Origin: Alphaproteobacteria bacterium
Lineage (GTDB): Bacteria; Pseudomonadota; Alphaproteobacteria; UBA828
Assembly: GCA_965221125.1 (NCBI GenBank)
Contig: CBDCRW010000003.1
Coordinates: 32,001-96,000, forward strand
Length of the DNA: 64,000 nt
Direction: 5' to 3'
Under the pieces are notes generated by a model that saw only the letters and a program-made list of their open reading frames with translations, searched no databases and had not been told where the DNA came from. Position numbers and translations under genes: made by a program. Positions 1-10,673 of this stretch are shown in pieces. Position 1 is the stretch's first letter, and each line of letters opens with the position of its first letter.

Positions 1-567
1 GAGCGCTTGCGCGAGCGCGCCCGTCGCCGCGGCGGCAACCCCTTGGAGCGCCCCGTCGCGGGCGATGTCCGTGTGGATGATCGCGGCGGCGCCGGCATCC
101 TCGAACCGGCATGCTAGGTCCAGCGCGCTCATGTCCACCGTCTCCGCCCAGCCTTCGACGGCGACCCGTCCGTCGCGCGCATCGATGCCGACGGCGATGC
201 GGCCGGGAAAGGCCCGGCAGGCGTCGCGCACAAGATCGGGATCGCGAACCGCCACCGTGCCGAGGATCACCCGCTGCACGCCGGCCCCGAGCCACGCCTC
301 GATGGTGGCCATGTCGCGGATGCCGCCGCCGAGCTGCACCGGAATGTCGACGGCGTCCACGATGGCGCCGACCGCGTCGGCGTTGACCGGCTTGCCCGCG
401 AAGGCGCCGTCGAGGTCGACGATGTGGAGCCAGGCGAAGCCCGCCGCCGCGAAGGCCCGCGCCTGGGCCGGCGGATCGTCGGAGAAGACCGTCGCCCGCG
501 CCATGTCTCCCTGCACGAGCCGCACACAGGCGCCGTCCTTGAGGTCGATGGCGGGGAAGAGGATCAC
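1..567 (-). CDS. hisA: Phosphoribosylformimino-5-aminoimidazole carboxamide ribotide isomerase HisA (3' end outside window)
   Basis: Minus strand from GTG at 567 reads (M)[21 protein letters not shown]...[11 protein letters not shown]...QLGGGIR; GTGA overlap with upstream gene; his operon context. Confidence 0.95.
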   Translation of the reverse strand, partial: MILFPAIDLKDGACVRLVQGDMARATVFSDDPPAQARAFAAAGFAWLHIVDLDGAFAGKPVNADAVGAIVDAVDIPVQLGGGIRDMATIEAWLGAGVQRVILGTVAVRDPDLVRDACRAFPGRIAVGIDARDGRVAVEGWAETVDMSALDLACRFEDAGAAAIIHTDIARDGALQGVAAAATGALAQAL

Positions 568-1127
568 GGTGCCGCGACCGGCGGCCGGTCCGTCAGATCC
601 TTGCAGTAGTAGTGGCCGGCGATGGATTGCCCGTCCACGAACGCGTACTTGGGATGCGTGCCCCAGCGCTCAAATCCGAGAGATTCGTAGAGCGCGATGG
701 CGGCCTCCTGGGTCTCCCGCACGCTGAGGTTCATCACCTTGAAGCCGCGCGCCTGCGCTTCCGCTTCGGCCTCCTCCAGCAACCGCCGGGCCAGGCCGTG
801 CCCGCGCGCCCACGGTGCGACGAAGTGCGTGTCGATGAGGCACGACAGGCGCCACGCCTCCTTCTGCGGCGGCGCCGAGACGAGCTGCACCGATCCCGCC
901 ACCACCCCGTCCATGCGGCCGATAAAGAGCATCCGCTCCGGCACCACGGTCACGCCCCGCCAGTAGCGCTCGAAGGCAGCAGGCTCGGGCGGACGCACCC
1001 AGCCGAACCCGGCGCCGTCGTTGATCGCGGCGGCGGCAGCCTCGCAGAGCTCGGCAAGCTCGCGCTTGCGCAGACGCTCGACAGTGCCGACCTCGATGCG
1101 CGGGCCCACTGTCGCGAGCTGGCTCAT
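564..1127 (-). CDS. GNAT family N-acetyltransferase
   Basis: [16 protein letters not shown] acetyl-CoA motif A and [10 protein letters not shown] motif; ATGA overlap with hisH stop. Confidence 0.9.
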   Translation of the reverse strand: MSQLATVGPRIEVGTVERLRKRELAELCEAAAAAINDGAGFGWVRPPEPAAFERYWRGVTVVPERMLFIGRMDGVVAGSVQLVSAPPQKEAWRLSCLIDTHFVAPWARGHGLARRLLEEAEAEAQARGFKVMNLSVRETQEAAIALYESLGFERWGTHPKYAFVDGQSIAGHYYCKDLTDRPPVAAP

Positions 1128-1768
1128 GGCTGCCACCGAAGGAAATTCTCGATCAGGGTCAATCCGACCTCCTGGCTCTTCTCGGGGTGAAACTGGGTGC
1201 CGACCATGTTGTCCCGGCCCGCGACTGCGGTGACCGGGCCGCCGTAATCCACGGTCGCGAAAACCTCGTCGTTACGGCGGCACGTCAGTCCGTAGCTGTG
1301 GACGAAATAGGCATGGGCGTCGCCGGGCAGGTCCTTCAGGATCGGGTGCGCTTCGCCCATGAGAGCGAGATCGTTCCACCCCATGTGGGGCACCTTCAGC
1401 GTCTCGTCATCGGGCTCGAGCGGCCCCACTTCGCCGTCGATCCAGCCGAGCCCCTCGTGCTCGCCGTGCTCGTGACCCACGCGCGCCATGAGCTGCATGC
1501 CGACGCAGATGCCGAGGAAGGGCACGCCCCGCCGCAACACCGCGTCTTCCAGCGCCTCGACCATGCCGTCGCGCGCGGCGAGGCCGGCCTTGCAGTCGGC
1601 GAAGGCGCCGACACCGGGCAGCACGATCCGCTCGGCGTTTCGCACCCGGTCGGGATCGTCGGTCACGACCACCGGCGTGGTCGGCGCAGCGTCGGCGGCG
1701 GCGCGCTCGAAGGCCTTGGCGGCGGAGCGCAGGTTGCCCGAGCCGTAGTCGATGATCGCGGTGGCCAC
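1124..1768 (-). CDS. hisH: Imidazole glycerol phosphate synthase subunit HisH
   Basis: [38 protein letters not shown] motifs. Confidence 0.97.
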   Translation of the reverse strand: MATAIIDYGSGNLRSAAKAFERAAADAAPTTPVVVTDDPDRVRNAERIVLPGVGAFADCKAGLAARDGMVEALEDAVLRRGVPFLGICVGMQLMARVGHEHGEHEGLGWIDGEVGPLEPDDETLKVPHMGWNDLALMGEAHPILKDLPGDAHAYFVHSYGLTCRRNDEVFATVDYGGPVTAVAGRDNMVGTQFHPEKSQEVGLTLIENFLRWQP

Positions 1769-1774
1769 GGCGCG

Positions 1775-2245
1775 TCAGCTCCAGAAGCCGGGATCGGGGT
1801 CCAGGCCACGCGTGCCGGTCGCACGGGCCCCGAAGGGCGACGGCCGCGGCTGCGGCGCCGCTGCGGGCGTCAGGGCTTCGGCGTAGCGGATGAGCGCCTG
1901 CGCGCGGCTCGGCGCAGCCACCACCTCCACCAGGCGATAGCCGCGAGCCGCGAGGCCGGCCCGGCGCAGATCGTTGCCCGACATGCCTGCGAGCACGCCG
2001 TAGCCGAGGCCGAGGATCACCGGGAGCAGCGGCCCCAGACCCAGCACATGGGGCACGACGACGATCGCCGCCAGCGAGCCGATCAACGCGACGGCGGCGA
2101 GCCACAATCCCTCCGCCAGAGCCCAGAACGGCGCGAAGAAGAACGCGAGCCAGTTGAACCCCTCGCGCACGAGAATCGCGCGTCCCAGCGCGCCGTCCTC
2201 CGCGCCCTCGTCGCTGGCCGGGAGGTGAACCGTGTAGAAGCGCAC
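1775..2245 (-). CDS. DUF2628-like membrane protein
   Basis: VREGFNWLAFFFAPFWAL motif, hydrophobic segments, usual position between hisB and hisH in Alphaproteobacteria. Confidence 0.75.
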   Translation of the reverse strand: MRFYTVHLPASDEGAEDGALGRAILVREGFNWLAFFFAPFWALAEGLWLAAVALIGSLAAIVVVPHVLGLGPLLPVILGLGYGVLAGMSGNDLRRAGLAARGYRLVEVVAAPSRAQALIRYAEALTPAAAPQPRPSPFGARATGTRGLDPDPGFWS

Positions 2246-2249
2246 CGCC

Positions 2250-2867
2250 TCAGACCTCCAGGCTGCCGCCCAGCACGCCCTTGGTAGACGGCACCTCCCC
2301 CGCCATGCGCGGGTCGGGCTCGATCGCCTGCCTCAGCGCCCGCGCGAGGCCCTTGTAGCAGGCCTCGATCATGTGGTGGCTGTTCTCGCCGTACATGACC
2401 TCGACGTGGAGCGTCAGCCCCGCCGCCTGCGCGAACGCCTGGAACCACTCCTTGAAGTGCTCGGTGTCCATGCCGTCGAGGCGCGGCCTCTCGAACTGCA
2501 CCCGCCAGATCAGGTAGGGCCGGTTGCTCGCATCCAGGGAGACACGCGCGCAGGCCTCGTCCATGGGGATCACGGCGCTGCCGTAGCGGCGGATGCCGCG
2601 CCGCTCGCCGAGGGCCTGGCTCACGGCTTCGCCGATGGTGATCCCCGTGTCTTCGACCGTGTGGTGCAGCGTCACGTCGATATCGCCTTCGGCCGTGCAC
2701 TCGATATCGATCAGGCTGTGGCGCGAGAGCTGCTCCAGCATGTGGTCGAGGAAGCCGATTCCGGTCGCAATCCGCGAGCGGCCACTGCCGTCCAGATCGA
2801 CCGCAACGGCAATGCTCGTCTCCTTGGTAACCCGCTCGACGCGGGCCGTGCGCGCAGGCTCGCTCAT
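2250..2867 (-). CDS. hisB: Imidazoleglycerol-phosphate dehydratase
   Basis: [34 protein letters not shown] motifs. Confidence 0.97.
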   Translation of the reverse strand: MSEPARTARVERVTKETSIAVAVDLDGSGRSRIATGIGFLDHMLEQLSRHSLIDIECTAEGDIDVTLHHTVEDTGITIGEAVSQALGERRGIRRYGSAVIPMDEACARVSLDASNRPYLIWRVQFERPRLDGMDTEHFKEWFQAFAQAAGLTLHVEVMYGENSHHMIEACYKGLARALRQAIEPDPRMAGEVPSTKGVLGGSLEV

Positions 2868-3018
2868 GACGCAGACCAGTGATCCGGGGGGAACGGCGAT
2901 CTTTTAGCAAGAACCGCTGCCGGCTGCCAGCCTCCAGCAGCCCCTCCGCTTCGGGCTTTGCGGCGCGCGCACGCCGGGGCATGATGGCGCGAGACTGCGC
3001 AAACGGGGAGATTGCGGC

Positions 3019-3816
3019 ATGGCCGGAACCTTCGACATCAACATCGATTGCGGTGAGAGCTTCGGCAACTGGGTCATGGGGGCGGACGAGGCGCTCATGC
3101 CCCACGTCACCACGGCGAATGTCGCCTGCGGCTTTCACGCGGGCGATCCCATGACGATGATGCAGACCATCGCGCTGGCCAAGGCGAACGGTGTCGCGGT
3201 GGGCTCCCATCCCGGGCTGCCGGACCTCATGGGCTTCGGGCGGCGGGTCATGGCGATCACGCCGGAGGAGCTCTATGCCTACGTGATCTATCAGACCGGC
3301 GCGCTCAAGTCGGCGCTCGAGGCCCACGGCATGGCCCTGCACCACGTCAAGCCGCACGGCGCGCTCTATCGCATGCTGAACGGCGACGAGGCGCTGGGCG
3401 AGGCATTCGCCCGCGCGGTGATCGATCTCTGTCCCGAGCCGATGATCTACTACCCCGCGCCGGTGGAGCGTCACGCGGTGACGAAGATCGCGGCGGCCAT
3501 GGGGATCGACGTGGTGCCCGAGCTCTATTTCGATCTTCCCTACGAGGACGACGGGACCCTCGCGCTGAAGCGCTCCAACGAAGGGGCGGACCTCGACGAG
3601 ACCCGGCAGAAGCTCGGGCTCTTCCTCGAGACCGGCAACACGCTCAGCATGAACGGCGCGCGCGTGCCGATTTCGGCGCGCAGCATCTGCCTGCACGGGG
3701 ACGGGCCGAACGCGGTGGAGCTCGCCACGACCATCGGCGACACGCTCAAGGAGTGCGGCTACGCGCTTCAGCCGCTCGAGCCCGCACCGACGATTCGGCA
3801 CCAGGCCGCCGAGTAG
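3019..3816 (+). CDS. pxpA: LamB/YcsF family protein (5-oxoprolinase subunit A-like)
   Basis: NIDCGESFG, ANVACGFHAGDP, HPGLPDLMGFGRR, HVKPHGALY, SICLHGD. Confidence 0.88.
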   Translation: MAGTFDINIDCGESFGNWVMGADEALMPHVTTANVACGFHAGDPMTMMQTIALAKANGVAVGSHPGLPDLMGFGRRVMAITPEELYAYVIYQTGALKSALEAHGMALHHVKPHGALYRMLNGDEALGEAFARAVIDLCPEPMIYYPAPVERHAVTKIAAAMGIDVVPELYFDLPYEDDGTLALKRSNEGADLDETRQKLGLFLETGNTLSMNGARVPISARSICLHGDGPNAVELATTIGDTLKECGYALQPLEPAPTIRHQAAE

Positions 3817-3897
3817 GGGCTGGAATCGCGGCGCCGGTTGGGGCATGTTCCGCCCGCAGCCGGCGCGCGCCGAGTCTGAGGAGAGAAGGAGACGTCG

Positions 3898-4029
3898 ATG
3901 AGCGACGATCACGGCCCCTCGCTCGAGGAGCTGACACGGGCACGAATCCCTTATGTGGTGGGGCTCGGCCTCGCCGTCGTCATCATCGGCGTCCTCGCCG
4001 GGCTCTCGGCAGGCGGAATCGTTCCGTAA
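3898..4029 (+). CDS. Small single-pass membrane protein (43 aa), below ORF-track cutoff
   Basis: AAGGAG RBS upstream; MSDDHGPSLEELTRARIPYVVGLGLAVVIIGVLAGLSAGGIVP*; fills the gap between pxpA and the convergent epimerase. Confidence 0.65.
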   Translation: MSDDHGPSLEELTRARIPYVVGLGLAVVIIGVLAGLSAGGIVP

Positions 4030-4035
4030 GACGAT

Positions 4036-4974
4036 TCAGGAGGCGGGCAGCAGCCCCTCCTCCTTCATCCAGCCGCACAGATCCTCGAACATGGTGCGGA
4101 GCGGCACCGGCTTGAAGCCGAGCTCCCGCACCGCCTTGTCGCAGAGCATGATCTGCGTCCGGTTCGACGTGTACTGAATCTCGGGGCTCGCGTCGGGGTT
4201 GGGCTCGCTCGTCACCACCGGCGCCTCCACGCCGACGAGTTCCGCGACGATGGCGGCAACCGTCTCGTACTTCTCGTTGGCGCCGGCGAGGATATAGCGC
4301 TCCCCTCGCCTGCCCCGCTCGCAGGCGCTGATGTGCGCCTTTGCGGTCTCGTCGACATGGCAGTAGGCCCCTCCGCCGGTGCCGACGGTGGTCATGGCGC
4401 CGCTCGCGATCGCCTGGACGAAGGGGCCCCAGATCACCCGGTCGTAGGGACCGACGACGTTGCCGGGATTGACGCAGACGGCGTCCAAGTCGCCGGCCGC
4501 GGCCTCCAGCACGATGTCCTCCGCCGCCTTCTTGGTGCGGTAGTAGTTGACCGGGATATCGTCGGCGTTGGACGGCGCGGTCTCGTCAATGGGCACGCCG
4601 TCGTGGAGGCCGAAGACGGCGCCTGTGGACGTGTGGACAAAGCGGCCCACATTCCTGGCCTGCGCCGCCGCGACCACGGCGCGGGTGCCCGCCACGTGGG
4701 CGTGAGTCTGCGCCTCGTCGCCGGACGAAGCGAAGCTCACGTTGCCGGCCACGTGGAAGAGGGCATCGACGCCGTCAGGGATCGCGCTCTCGAGAAAATC
4801 TCGGTCTCCGATGTCCCCCACCACGCGCGTCGCCGGAAATTGGCGCAGATAGGTGAGGTCCGAGGTTTCCCGGTGCATCGCGATCACCGACCAGCCGGCC
4901 TCGCCGAGCTGCTTCACCAGGTTGACGCCGATGAAGCCGGACGCGCCGGTGACGAATGCCGTCTTGCCTGTCAT
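4036..4974 (-). CDS. NAD-dependent epimerase/dehydratase (extended SDR)
   Basis: VTGASGFIG Rossmann motif, YYRTK catalytic YxxxK, NPGNVVGPYD. Confidence 0.9.
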   Translation of the reverse strand: MTGKTAFVTGASGFIGVNLVKQLGEAGWSVIAMHRETSDLTYLRQFPATRVVGDIGDRDFLESAIPDGVDALFHVAGNVSFASSGDEAQTHAHVAGTRAVVAAAQARNVGRFVHTSTGAVFGLHDGVPIDETAPSNADDIPVNYYRTKKAAEDIVLEAAAGDLDAVCVNPGNVVGPYDRVIWGPFVQAIASGAMTTVGTGGGAYCHVDETAKAHISACERGRRGERYILAGANEKYETVAAIVAELVGVEAPVVTSEPNPDASPEIQYTSNRTQIMLCDKAVRELGFKPVPLRTMFEDLCGWMKEEGLLPAS

Positions 4975-5000
4975 GTCGAATATCCTTGCGTGTGTGCGGC

Positions 5001-6509
5001 TCAGCGCCAGATCGGCTTGCCGGAGCCCGGCAGGCCGTAGGACTCCCACTTGCCGCTCACCCGCTCCACGATCTCGTCCGCCATGTGGATGCGCTGCCCC
5101 CAGGCGCGGCTGGTCTCCGGCCCGATCTTCGTCGTGGCATCGAGGCCGATCTTGGCGCCGAGCCCAGGCTCAGGGCTGGCAAAGTCGAGGTAGTCGATCG
5201 GCGTGTTTTCGACGACCGTGATGTCGCGCGCCGGGTCCATGCGGGTGGAGACCGCCCACATCACGTCCTTCCAGTCGCGAGCATCGATGTCGTCGTCCAC
5301 CACGATCACCCATTTCGTATACATGAACTGCCGCAAATAGGACCAGACGGCCATCATCACCCGCTTGGCATGGCCCGCGTAGGATTTCTTGATGGAGACC
5401 ACGGCGATTCGGTAGCTGCAGCCTTCCGGCGGCAGCCAGAAGTCGACGATCTCGGGGAACTGCTGGATGAGGAGCGGGATGAAGACCTCGTTCAGCGCCT
5501 CGCCGAGGATGCTCGGCTCGTCCGGCGGGCGCCCGGTATAGGTCGAGAGATAGATCGGCTCGCGCCGCATGGTGATGGCGGAGACCGTGAACACCGGGAA
5601 CGGCTCGACCGCGTTGTAGTAGCCTGTATGATCGCCGTAGGGGCCTTCGTCCTCGTAGTCGTCGAGGCTGACATGGCCTTCAATGACGATCTCGGCCTCG
5701 GCCGGAACCTCGAGCGGCACCGTCTTGGCCCGCACGAGTTCCACCTTCTGGCCGCGCAGGAGGCCCGCAAACTGGTATTCCGAGAGCGTATCCGGCACCG
5801 GCGTCACGGCGGCGAGAATGGTGCCGGGGTCGGCACCGATCACGGCCGCGGCCGGCAGCGGTTCGCGCTTCTCTTCTGCCCAGCGCCGATGCTGCTGGGC
5901 GCCGCCGCGGTGCGCGAGCCAGCGCATCAGCGTCGTGTTTCGGCCGGTGACCTGCATCCGGTAGATGCCGAGGTTGTAGTTGTCGATGCGGGAGCGGCTC
6001 GGCCCCCTGGTGACGACCAGCGGCCAAGTGATGAGCGGCGCCGGCTCCCCCGGCCAGCATGTCTGAATCGGGAGCCGGCCGAGGTCGATGTCGTCGCCGG
6101 TGAGCACCACCTCCTGCACCGGGCCGTCGCCCACCGTGCGGGGCTTCATCGCGCGCACCGTGTTGAGCAGCGGCAGCATTTCGACCGCCTCGCGCCAGCC
6201 GCTCGGCGGCTCGGGCTGACGCAGGAAGGCCAGGGTCTCGCCTACCTCGCGAAGCTGGTCCGGCTCCCGGTTCATGCCCCAGGCGACGCGCTCCACGGTG
6301 CCGAAGAGGTTGACCAGCACCGGCATGTCGAAGCGTCCGCCGTCATCGCCGATGACGTTCTCGAAGAGCACTGCCGGCCCCTGCTCCGCGATGAGGCGGG
6401 TCTGGATCTCGGTCATCTCCAGATGGGGCGAGACCGGCGCCTGGACCCGGCTCAAACGTCCCGCACTCTCCAGGCGGGCGATGAATTCGCGCAGCGATCG
6501 ATAGGCCAT
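5001..6509 (-). CDS. ubiD: UbiD family prFMN-dependent decarboxylase
   Basis: [10 protein letters not shown] start, [24 protein letters not shown] motifs. Confidence 0.95.
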   Translation of the reverse strand: MAYRSLREFIARLESAGRLSRVQAPVSPHLEMTEIQTRLIAEQGPAVLFENVIGDDGGRFDMPVLVNLFGTVERVAWGMNREPDQLREVGETLAFLRQPEPPSGWREAVEMLPLLNTVRAMKPRTVGDGPVQEVVLTGDDIDLGRLPIQTCWPGEPAPLITWPLVVTRGPSRSRIDNYNLGIYRMQVTGRNTTLMRWLAHRGGAQQHRRWAEEKREPLPAAAVIGADPGTILAAVTPVPDTLSEYQFAGLLRGQKVELVRAKTVPLEVPAEAEIVIEGHVSLDDYEDEGPYGDHTGYYNAVEPFPVFTVSAITMRREPIYLSTYTGRPPDEPSILGEALNEVFIPLLIQQFPEIVDFWLPPEGCSYRIAVVSIKKSYAGHAKRVMMAVWSYLRQFMYTKWVIVVDDDIDARDWKDVMWAVSTRMDPARDITVVENTPIDYLDFASPEPGLGAKIGLDATTKIGPETSRAWGQRIHMADEIVERVSGKWESYGLPGSGKPIWR

Positions 6510-6598
6510 GGGCACCTCGGCGAGTCGCCGCCATTCATGGGCACCCGCGGGCGCCCGTCAAGCCCGTGCCGGCGAACGGCGGCGACGCGCGGCGGCCG

Positions 6599-7435
6599 AT
6601 GACCCGGCCGCCAACCGGGACGGTGGAGATCGCGAAACGCTATCCCTTCCCGCGGCCGGGATACTCGTTTCTCTACGTGGACGGCGAGGCGCTGCCCCTC
6701 CTCTCCCTCGGCGAGTCGCTGGAGGATGCCGAGATCGAGGTCGACGGGCGATCCGTGCCGGCCGGTTCGTTGATGCGCCAACGAGGGATTGCCACGCCGG
6801 CGCCAATGAGTTTACGCACATCCGTCCTCGCCTACGGCGCCAACGCCGCGCCCGAGCGGCTGCGGCGGAAGTTCGCGCCCATCGGCCAGGCGGTCTTCCC
6901 GGTGCTGCAGGCGCGGCTGCACGATTTCGACGTCGTCCACGCCGCCCATATCTCGAGCTACGGCGCGGTGCCGGCCACCATCGAATACGCGCCCGGCACG
7001 GTGTGTGACATCGCCATCACCTGCCTCGACGAGCGCGAGCTCGCCCGCATGCACGAGACCGAGTTCCGCCGGCACACGTACCTGTTCGGCCTGCTGAGCA
7101 ACGTCAAGCTGGAGCCCGACCTGCTGCCGGCCATGGATTGGGTGAGCACCTACGTCGGCGGGTTCGGCCATATCGCGCCGGAGGGGGAGCCACTTGCGCT
7201 CGCCGCCATTCGAGCCGAGGGGCGGCGCTTCCGCACCTGCTCGCAGACGGAGGCGCTGGAGACGGTTCAGGCCATGCTGGGCGTGCCGGGGCCGCTGGAT
7301 GCGTTCGTTCAAGCGGCGATCGACGACGATGCGGTCAGGCGCGCACGCACGGAACGCCTCAGGGCGCAGGCGCAGCCCTTCTCCTACGGCGACTTTGCGT
7401 CCGTCGCGCCGGAGGCGCGCGACATCAAAGAATAG
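6599..7435 (+). CDS. Hypothetical protein, possibly gamma-glutamylcyclotransferase-like fold
   Basis: Long ORF with coding-like codon usage; VLAYGANAAP resembles the YGSN motif of GGCT/AIG2-like proteins; start uncertain. Confidence 0.6.
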   Translation: MTRPPTGTVEIAKRYPFPRPGYSFLYVDGEALPLLSLGESLEDAEIEVDGRSVPAGSLMRQRGIATPAPMSLRTSVLAYGANAAPERLRRKFAPIGQAVFPVLQARLHDFDVVHAAHISSYGAVPATIEYAPGTVCDIAITCLDERELARMHETEFRRHTYLFGLLSNVKLEPDLLPAMDWVSTYVGGFGHIAPEGEPLALAAIRAEGRRFRTCSQTEALETVQAMLGVPGPLDAFVQAAIDDDAVRRARTERLRAQAQPFSYGDFASVAPEARDIKE

Positions 7436-7451
7436 TCGATCGCCGTGACAG

Positions 7452-8387
7452 TCAGCCGAGCGCCTGCGCGGCGACGATTCCGGCGAAGAGCGCAAGGCCG
7501 ACCAGGCTGTTGTTCTTGAACTTGGCCAGGCAGTCGGCGGGGCTGTCGATCCGCACGCGCAGTGCCTGCCAGGCGAGCAGCAACGCCGCCACCGCCACGC
7601 CCGCGTAGTAGGGCCAGGCCACGGCCGCGGCGGCTCCGGCGCCGGCAAAGCCCGCCACGGCGATCACGTAGAACGCGATCAGGAAGGGCCGCGTCCGCTG
7701 GCCGAGCGCGATGGCGCTGGATTTCACCCCGATCAGGAGGTCGTCCTCCTTGTCCTGATGCGCGTAGATCGTGTCGTAGCCCAGGGTCCAGGCGATGCCG
7801 CCGACGTAGAGCAGCCCCGCCGGCCAGCCGATTCCGCCCTCCACCGCGGCCCAGCCAAGCAGCGCGCCGTAGTTGAAAGTGATGCCGAGAAATGCCTGCG
7901 GCCAGTAGGTGATGCGCTTCATCAGCGGGTAGAGAACCACCAGCAGCAGCGACGCCGCGCCGAGCACGACCGCGAACAGGTTGAACTGCAGGAGGATGGC
8001 GAGGCCCGCGCCGAGCAGCACCGCCATGAAGGCGACGGCGCCCTTCAGCCCGATGGCGCCGGAGGCCAGCGGGCGCCGGCGGGTGCGCTCCACGCGGGCG
8101 TCGAAGTCGCGGTCGAAGATGTCGTTCAGCGTGCAGCCGGCGGCCCGCATCACGAACGCGCCGACGGTGAAGAGAACCAGTATCTCCAGACTCGGCAGGC
8201 CGTCCGAGGCGAGCCCAATGGCCCAGAGGCAGGGCCAGAGCAGGAGCCACACGCCCACCGGCTGGTCCAGCCTGGCCAGCGCGACGAAGGGGCGCGCGAA
8301 AGGCGGCATCGCCCGCTCGATCGGCCCAGGCCCTCCGGCTCCACGCCCGGCGGGCGATTCGGCCGCGTTGTGCAGGCGCTCGACCAT
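7452..8387 (-). CDS. ubiA: 4-hydroxybenzoate polyprenyltransferase
   Basis: GCTLNDIFDRDFDARVERTRRRPLASG and YDTIYAHQDKEDD Asp-rich motifs. Confidence 0.96.
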   Translation of the reverse strand: MVERLHNAAESPAGRGAGGPGPIERAMPPFARPFVALARLDQPVGVWLLLWPCLWAIGLASDGLPSLEILVLFTVGAFVMRAAGCTLNDIFDRDFDARVERTRRRPLASGAIGLKGAVAFMAVLLGAGLAILLQFNLFAVVLGAASLLLVVLYPLMKRITYWPQAFLGITFNYGALLGWAAVEGGIGWPAGLLYVGGIAWTLGYDTIYAHQDKEDDLLIGVKSSAIALGQRTRPFLIAFYVIAVAGFAGAGAAAAVAWPYYAGVAVAALLLAWQALRVRIDSPADCLAKFKNNSLVGLALFAGIVAAQALG

Positions 8388-8410
8388 GGCCGCTGGTGTA
8401 TCGTGGCGCC

Positions 8411-9193
8411 ATGACAGTGACAAGCGGAGAGCCGCAAGTGGACGGGCCGGAGCGCGAGCATGAAGACGGCCGGCCCACGATCCGGCTCTTCGTCGAGGAC
8501 GCGCTCGAATCGGGCGCGACGCTCGCGCTCGGGCCAGGGCAGATCCACTACCTCCGCAACGTGATGCGCCGGGCGCCGGGCGACCGAGTCCGCCTCTTCA
8601 ACGGACGCGACGGGGAGTGGGAGGGCATCGTCGAGAGCATCGCGCCCCGCCGTGCCACCGTTCGCCTCGGCATGCAAACCGCAGAGCAAACGCCGGCGCC
8701 CGACGTGCGGCTCCTCTTCGCGCCGCTCAAGGCGACCCGCACCCGCTTCGTGGTGGAGAAGGCGACGGAGCTGGGGGCAGGCCGCATCCACCCGATCCTC
8801 ACCCGGCATGGCCAGACTGCGCGCGTCAATGTCGAGCGGCTCCGCGGCCACGCCATCGAGGCGGCGGAGCAGTGCGGCCGCCTGGACGTGCCGGCGATTG
8901 CGCCCCCCTGCCCCCTCACAGAGGCGCTTGCCGCCTGGCCGCCGGAACGCCGACTGCTGGTATGCGATCCCGATGCCGAGTCGTCGATCGCCGAGGCGTT
9001 GGCCGGCGCGCCGGCAGCGTCCTGGGCGATCCTGATCGGGCCGGAAGGCGGCTTCGCGCCCGACGAGCGCCGCTTGCTCGCCGACCATCCGGCAGCCGTG
9101 CGCGCCCGCCTCGGCCCGCGCATCTTGCGCGCTGAGACCGCCGTCGCGGCCGCCCTCGCCTGCTGGCAGGCTCTCGCGGGCGACTGGCGATGA
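8411..9193 (+). CDS. rsmE: 16S rRNA m3U1498 methyltransferase
   Basis: HYLRNVMR, EKATELG, EAAEQC, IGPEGGF, LGPRILRAETA. Confidence 0.95.
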   Translation: MTVTSGEPQVDGPEREHEDGRPTIRLFVEDALESGATLALGPGQIHYLRNVMRRAPGDRVRLFNGRDGEWEGIVESIAPRRATVRLGMQTAEQTPAPDVRLLFAPLKATRTRFVVEKATELGAGRIHPILTRHGQTARVNVERLRGHAIEAAEQCGRLDVPAIAPPCPLTEALAAWPPERRLLVCDPDAESSIAEALAGAPAASWAILIGPEGGFAPDERRLLADHPAAVRARLGPRILRAETAVAAALACWQALAGDWR

Positions 9194-9311
9194 GGCCGCG
9201 CGGCGCAAGACACAGACCTGCCATGTCCCGGTTCGCAGTCCGACAAGCTGGACAGCGGCGCCCGAATAGGGGAAACCCCGCACAGCTTTGACGCGAGAGT
9301 TGGGAGGGGGC

Positions 9312-10673
9312 GTGAACGACAGCGCCACCAGGCAAGGCGAGGCGCTCACCCGCCGCGACCTGATCGAGTACCTCGAATCCGGCTGCAAGCCGCGCTCCGC
9401 GTGGCGCATCGGCACGGAGCACGAGAAATTCGGCCACCGCCTCGCGGACCATGCGCCGCTCCCCTACGACGGACCGTGGGGTATCCGCGCGCTTCTGGAA
9501 GGGCTGCAGCGCTACGGCTGGACCCCGTACCTGGAGAACGGCAACCCCATCGCCCTCCTCAAGGACGGACAGTCGGTGACGCTGGAGCCGGGCGGCCAGC
9601 TTGAGCTTTCGGGCGCCCCGCTCCACAACCTGCACCGCACCTGCGACGAGGTGCACGCGCATCTCGATCAGGTGCGCACGGTCTCCGGGGAGCTGGGCAT
9701 CGGCTTCTACGGCGTGGGCTTCCGCCCCGACGCGCCGCGCGACGCGATCCCCTGGATGCCCAAGGGCCGCTACAAGATCATGCGCCGCTACATGCCGACG
9801 CGCGGCAGCCTCGGCCTCGACATGATGACGCGCACCTGCACCGTGCAGGTCAATCTCGACTTCGACTCGGAAACCGACATGGTGCGCAAGATGCGCGTCG
9901 CCATGGCCCTGCAGCCGGTCGCGACTGCGCTCTTCGCCAACTCGCCCTTCGTCGAGCGCAAGCCCAGCGGCTTCCGCAGCTACCGGAGCCATGTCTGGAC
10001 CGATACGGACCCCGATCGCTGCGGCCTTCTCGGCTTCGTTTTCGAGCCCGGCATGGGGTTCGAGCGCTACGCCGATTACGTGCTCGACGTGCCCATGTAC
10101 TTCGTGGCGCGCGACGGCGGCTACGTCGACGTGGCGGGCGAATCGTTCCGCGACTTCCTCGACGGCGCCCTGCCCCAGCTCCCCGGCGAGCGGCCGACCA
10201 TGAAGGACTGGGAGGATCACCTGACCACGGTGTTCCCAGAGGTGCGCCTCAAGACGTTCATCGAGATGCGCGGCACCGACAGCGGGCCGTGGGGCAAGAT
10301 CTGCTCGCTGCCGGCGCTCTGGGTCGGCCTGCTCTACGATTCGACGGCGCTCAACGAGGCCGAGGCGCTCATCGCCTCCTGGTCGGCCGACGATGTCGCG
10401 GCATTGCACCGCGCCGCGCCGCGGGAGGCGCTGGGCGCCAGCATCGGCGGGCGGACGGCCCAGGAGGTGGCGCGCGATGCCGTGGAGATCGCGGCCGGGG
10501 GCCTGAAGCGCCGCGCCGTCGCCGGCAATCTCGACGTGGACGAACGCTCCTACATCACCTACCTGCGCCAGATCGCGGAAACCGGGCGGACCGCCGCCGA
10601 CGACATGCTGGAGGCCTACGAGGGCCGCTGGGGCCGCAGCATCGAGCCGCTCTTCGAGGAATACGCCTATTAG
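9312..10673 (+). CDS. gshA: Glutamate--cysteine ligase (alphaproteobacterial/plant type)
   Basis: RIGTEHEKF, LEPGGQLELSG, MPKGRY, TCTVQVNLD, FPEVRLK; GGAGG RBS before GTG. Confidence 0.95.
   Translation: MNDSATRQGEALTRRDLIEYLESGCKPRSAWRIGTEHEKFGHRLADHAPLPYDGPWGIRALLEGLQRYGWTPYLENGNPIALLKDGQSVTLEPGGQLELSGAPLHNLHRTCDEVHAHLDQVRTVSGELGIGFYGVGFRPDAPRDAIPWMPKGRYKIMRRYMPTRGSLGLDMMTRTCTVQVNLDFDSETDMVRKMRVAMALQPVATALFANSPFVERKPSGFRSYRSHVWTDTDPDRCGLLGFVFEPGMGFERYADYVLDVPMYFVARDGGYVDVAGESFRDFLDGALPQLPGERPTMKDWEDHLTTVFPEVRLKTFIEMRGTDSGPWGKICSLPALWVGLLYDSTALNEAEALIASWSADDVAALHRAAPREALGASIGGRTAQEVARDAVEIAAGGLKRRAVAGNLDVDERSYITYLRQIAETGRTAADDMLEAYEGRWGRSIEPLFEEYAY

Noticed and set aside
4036-4974. hpnA call linking the epimerase to the HpnB-like gene
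   Set aside because: The genes are 10 kb apart, no other hopanoid genes are present, and only generic extended-SDR motifs are visible.
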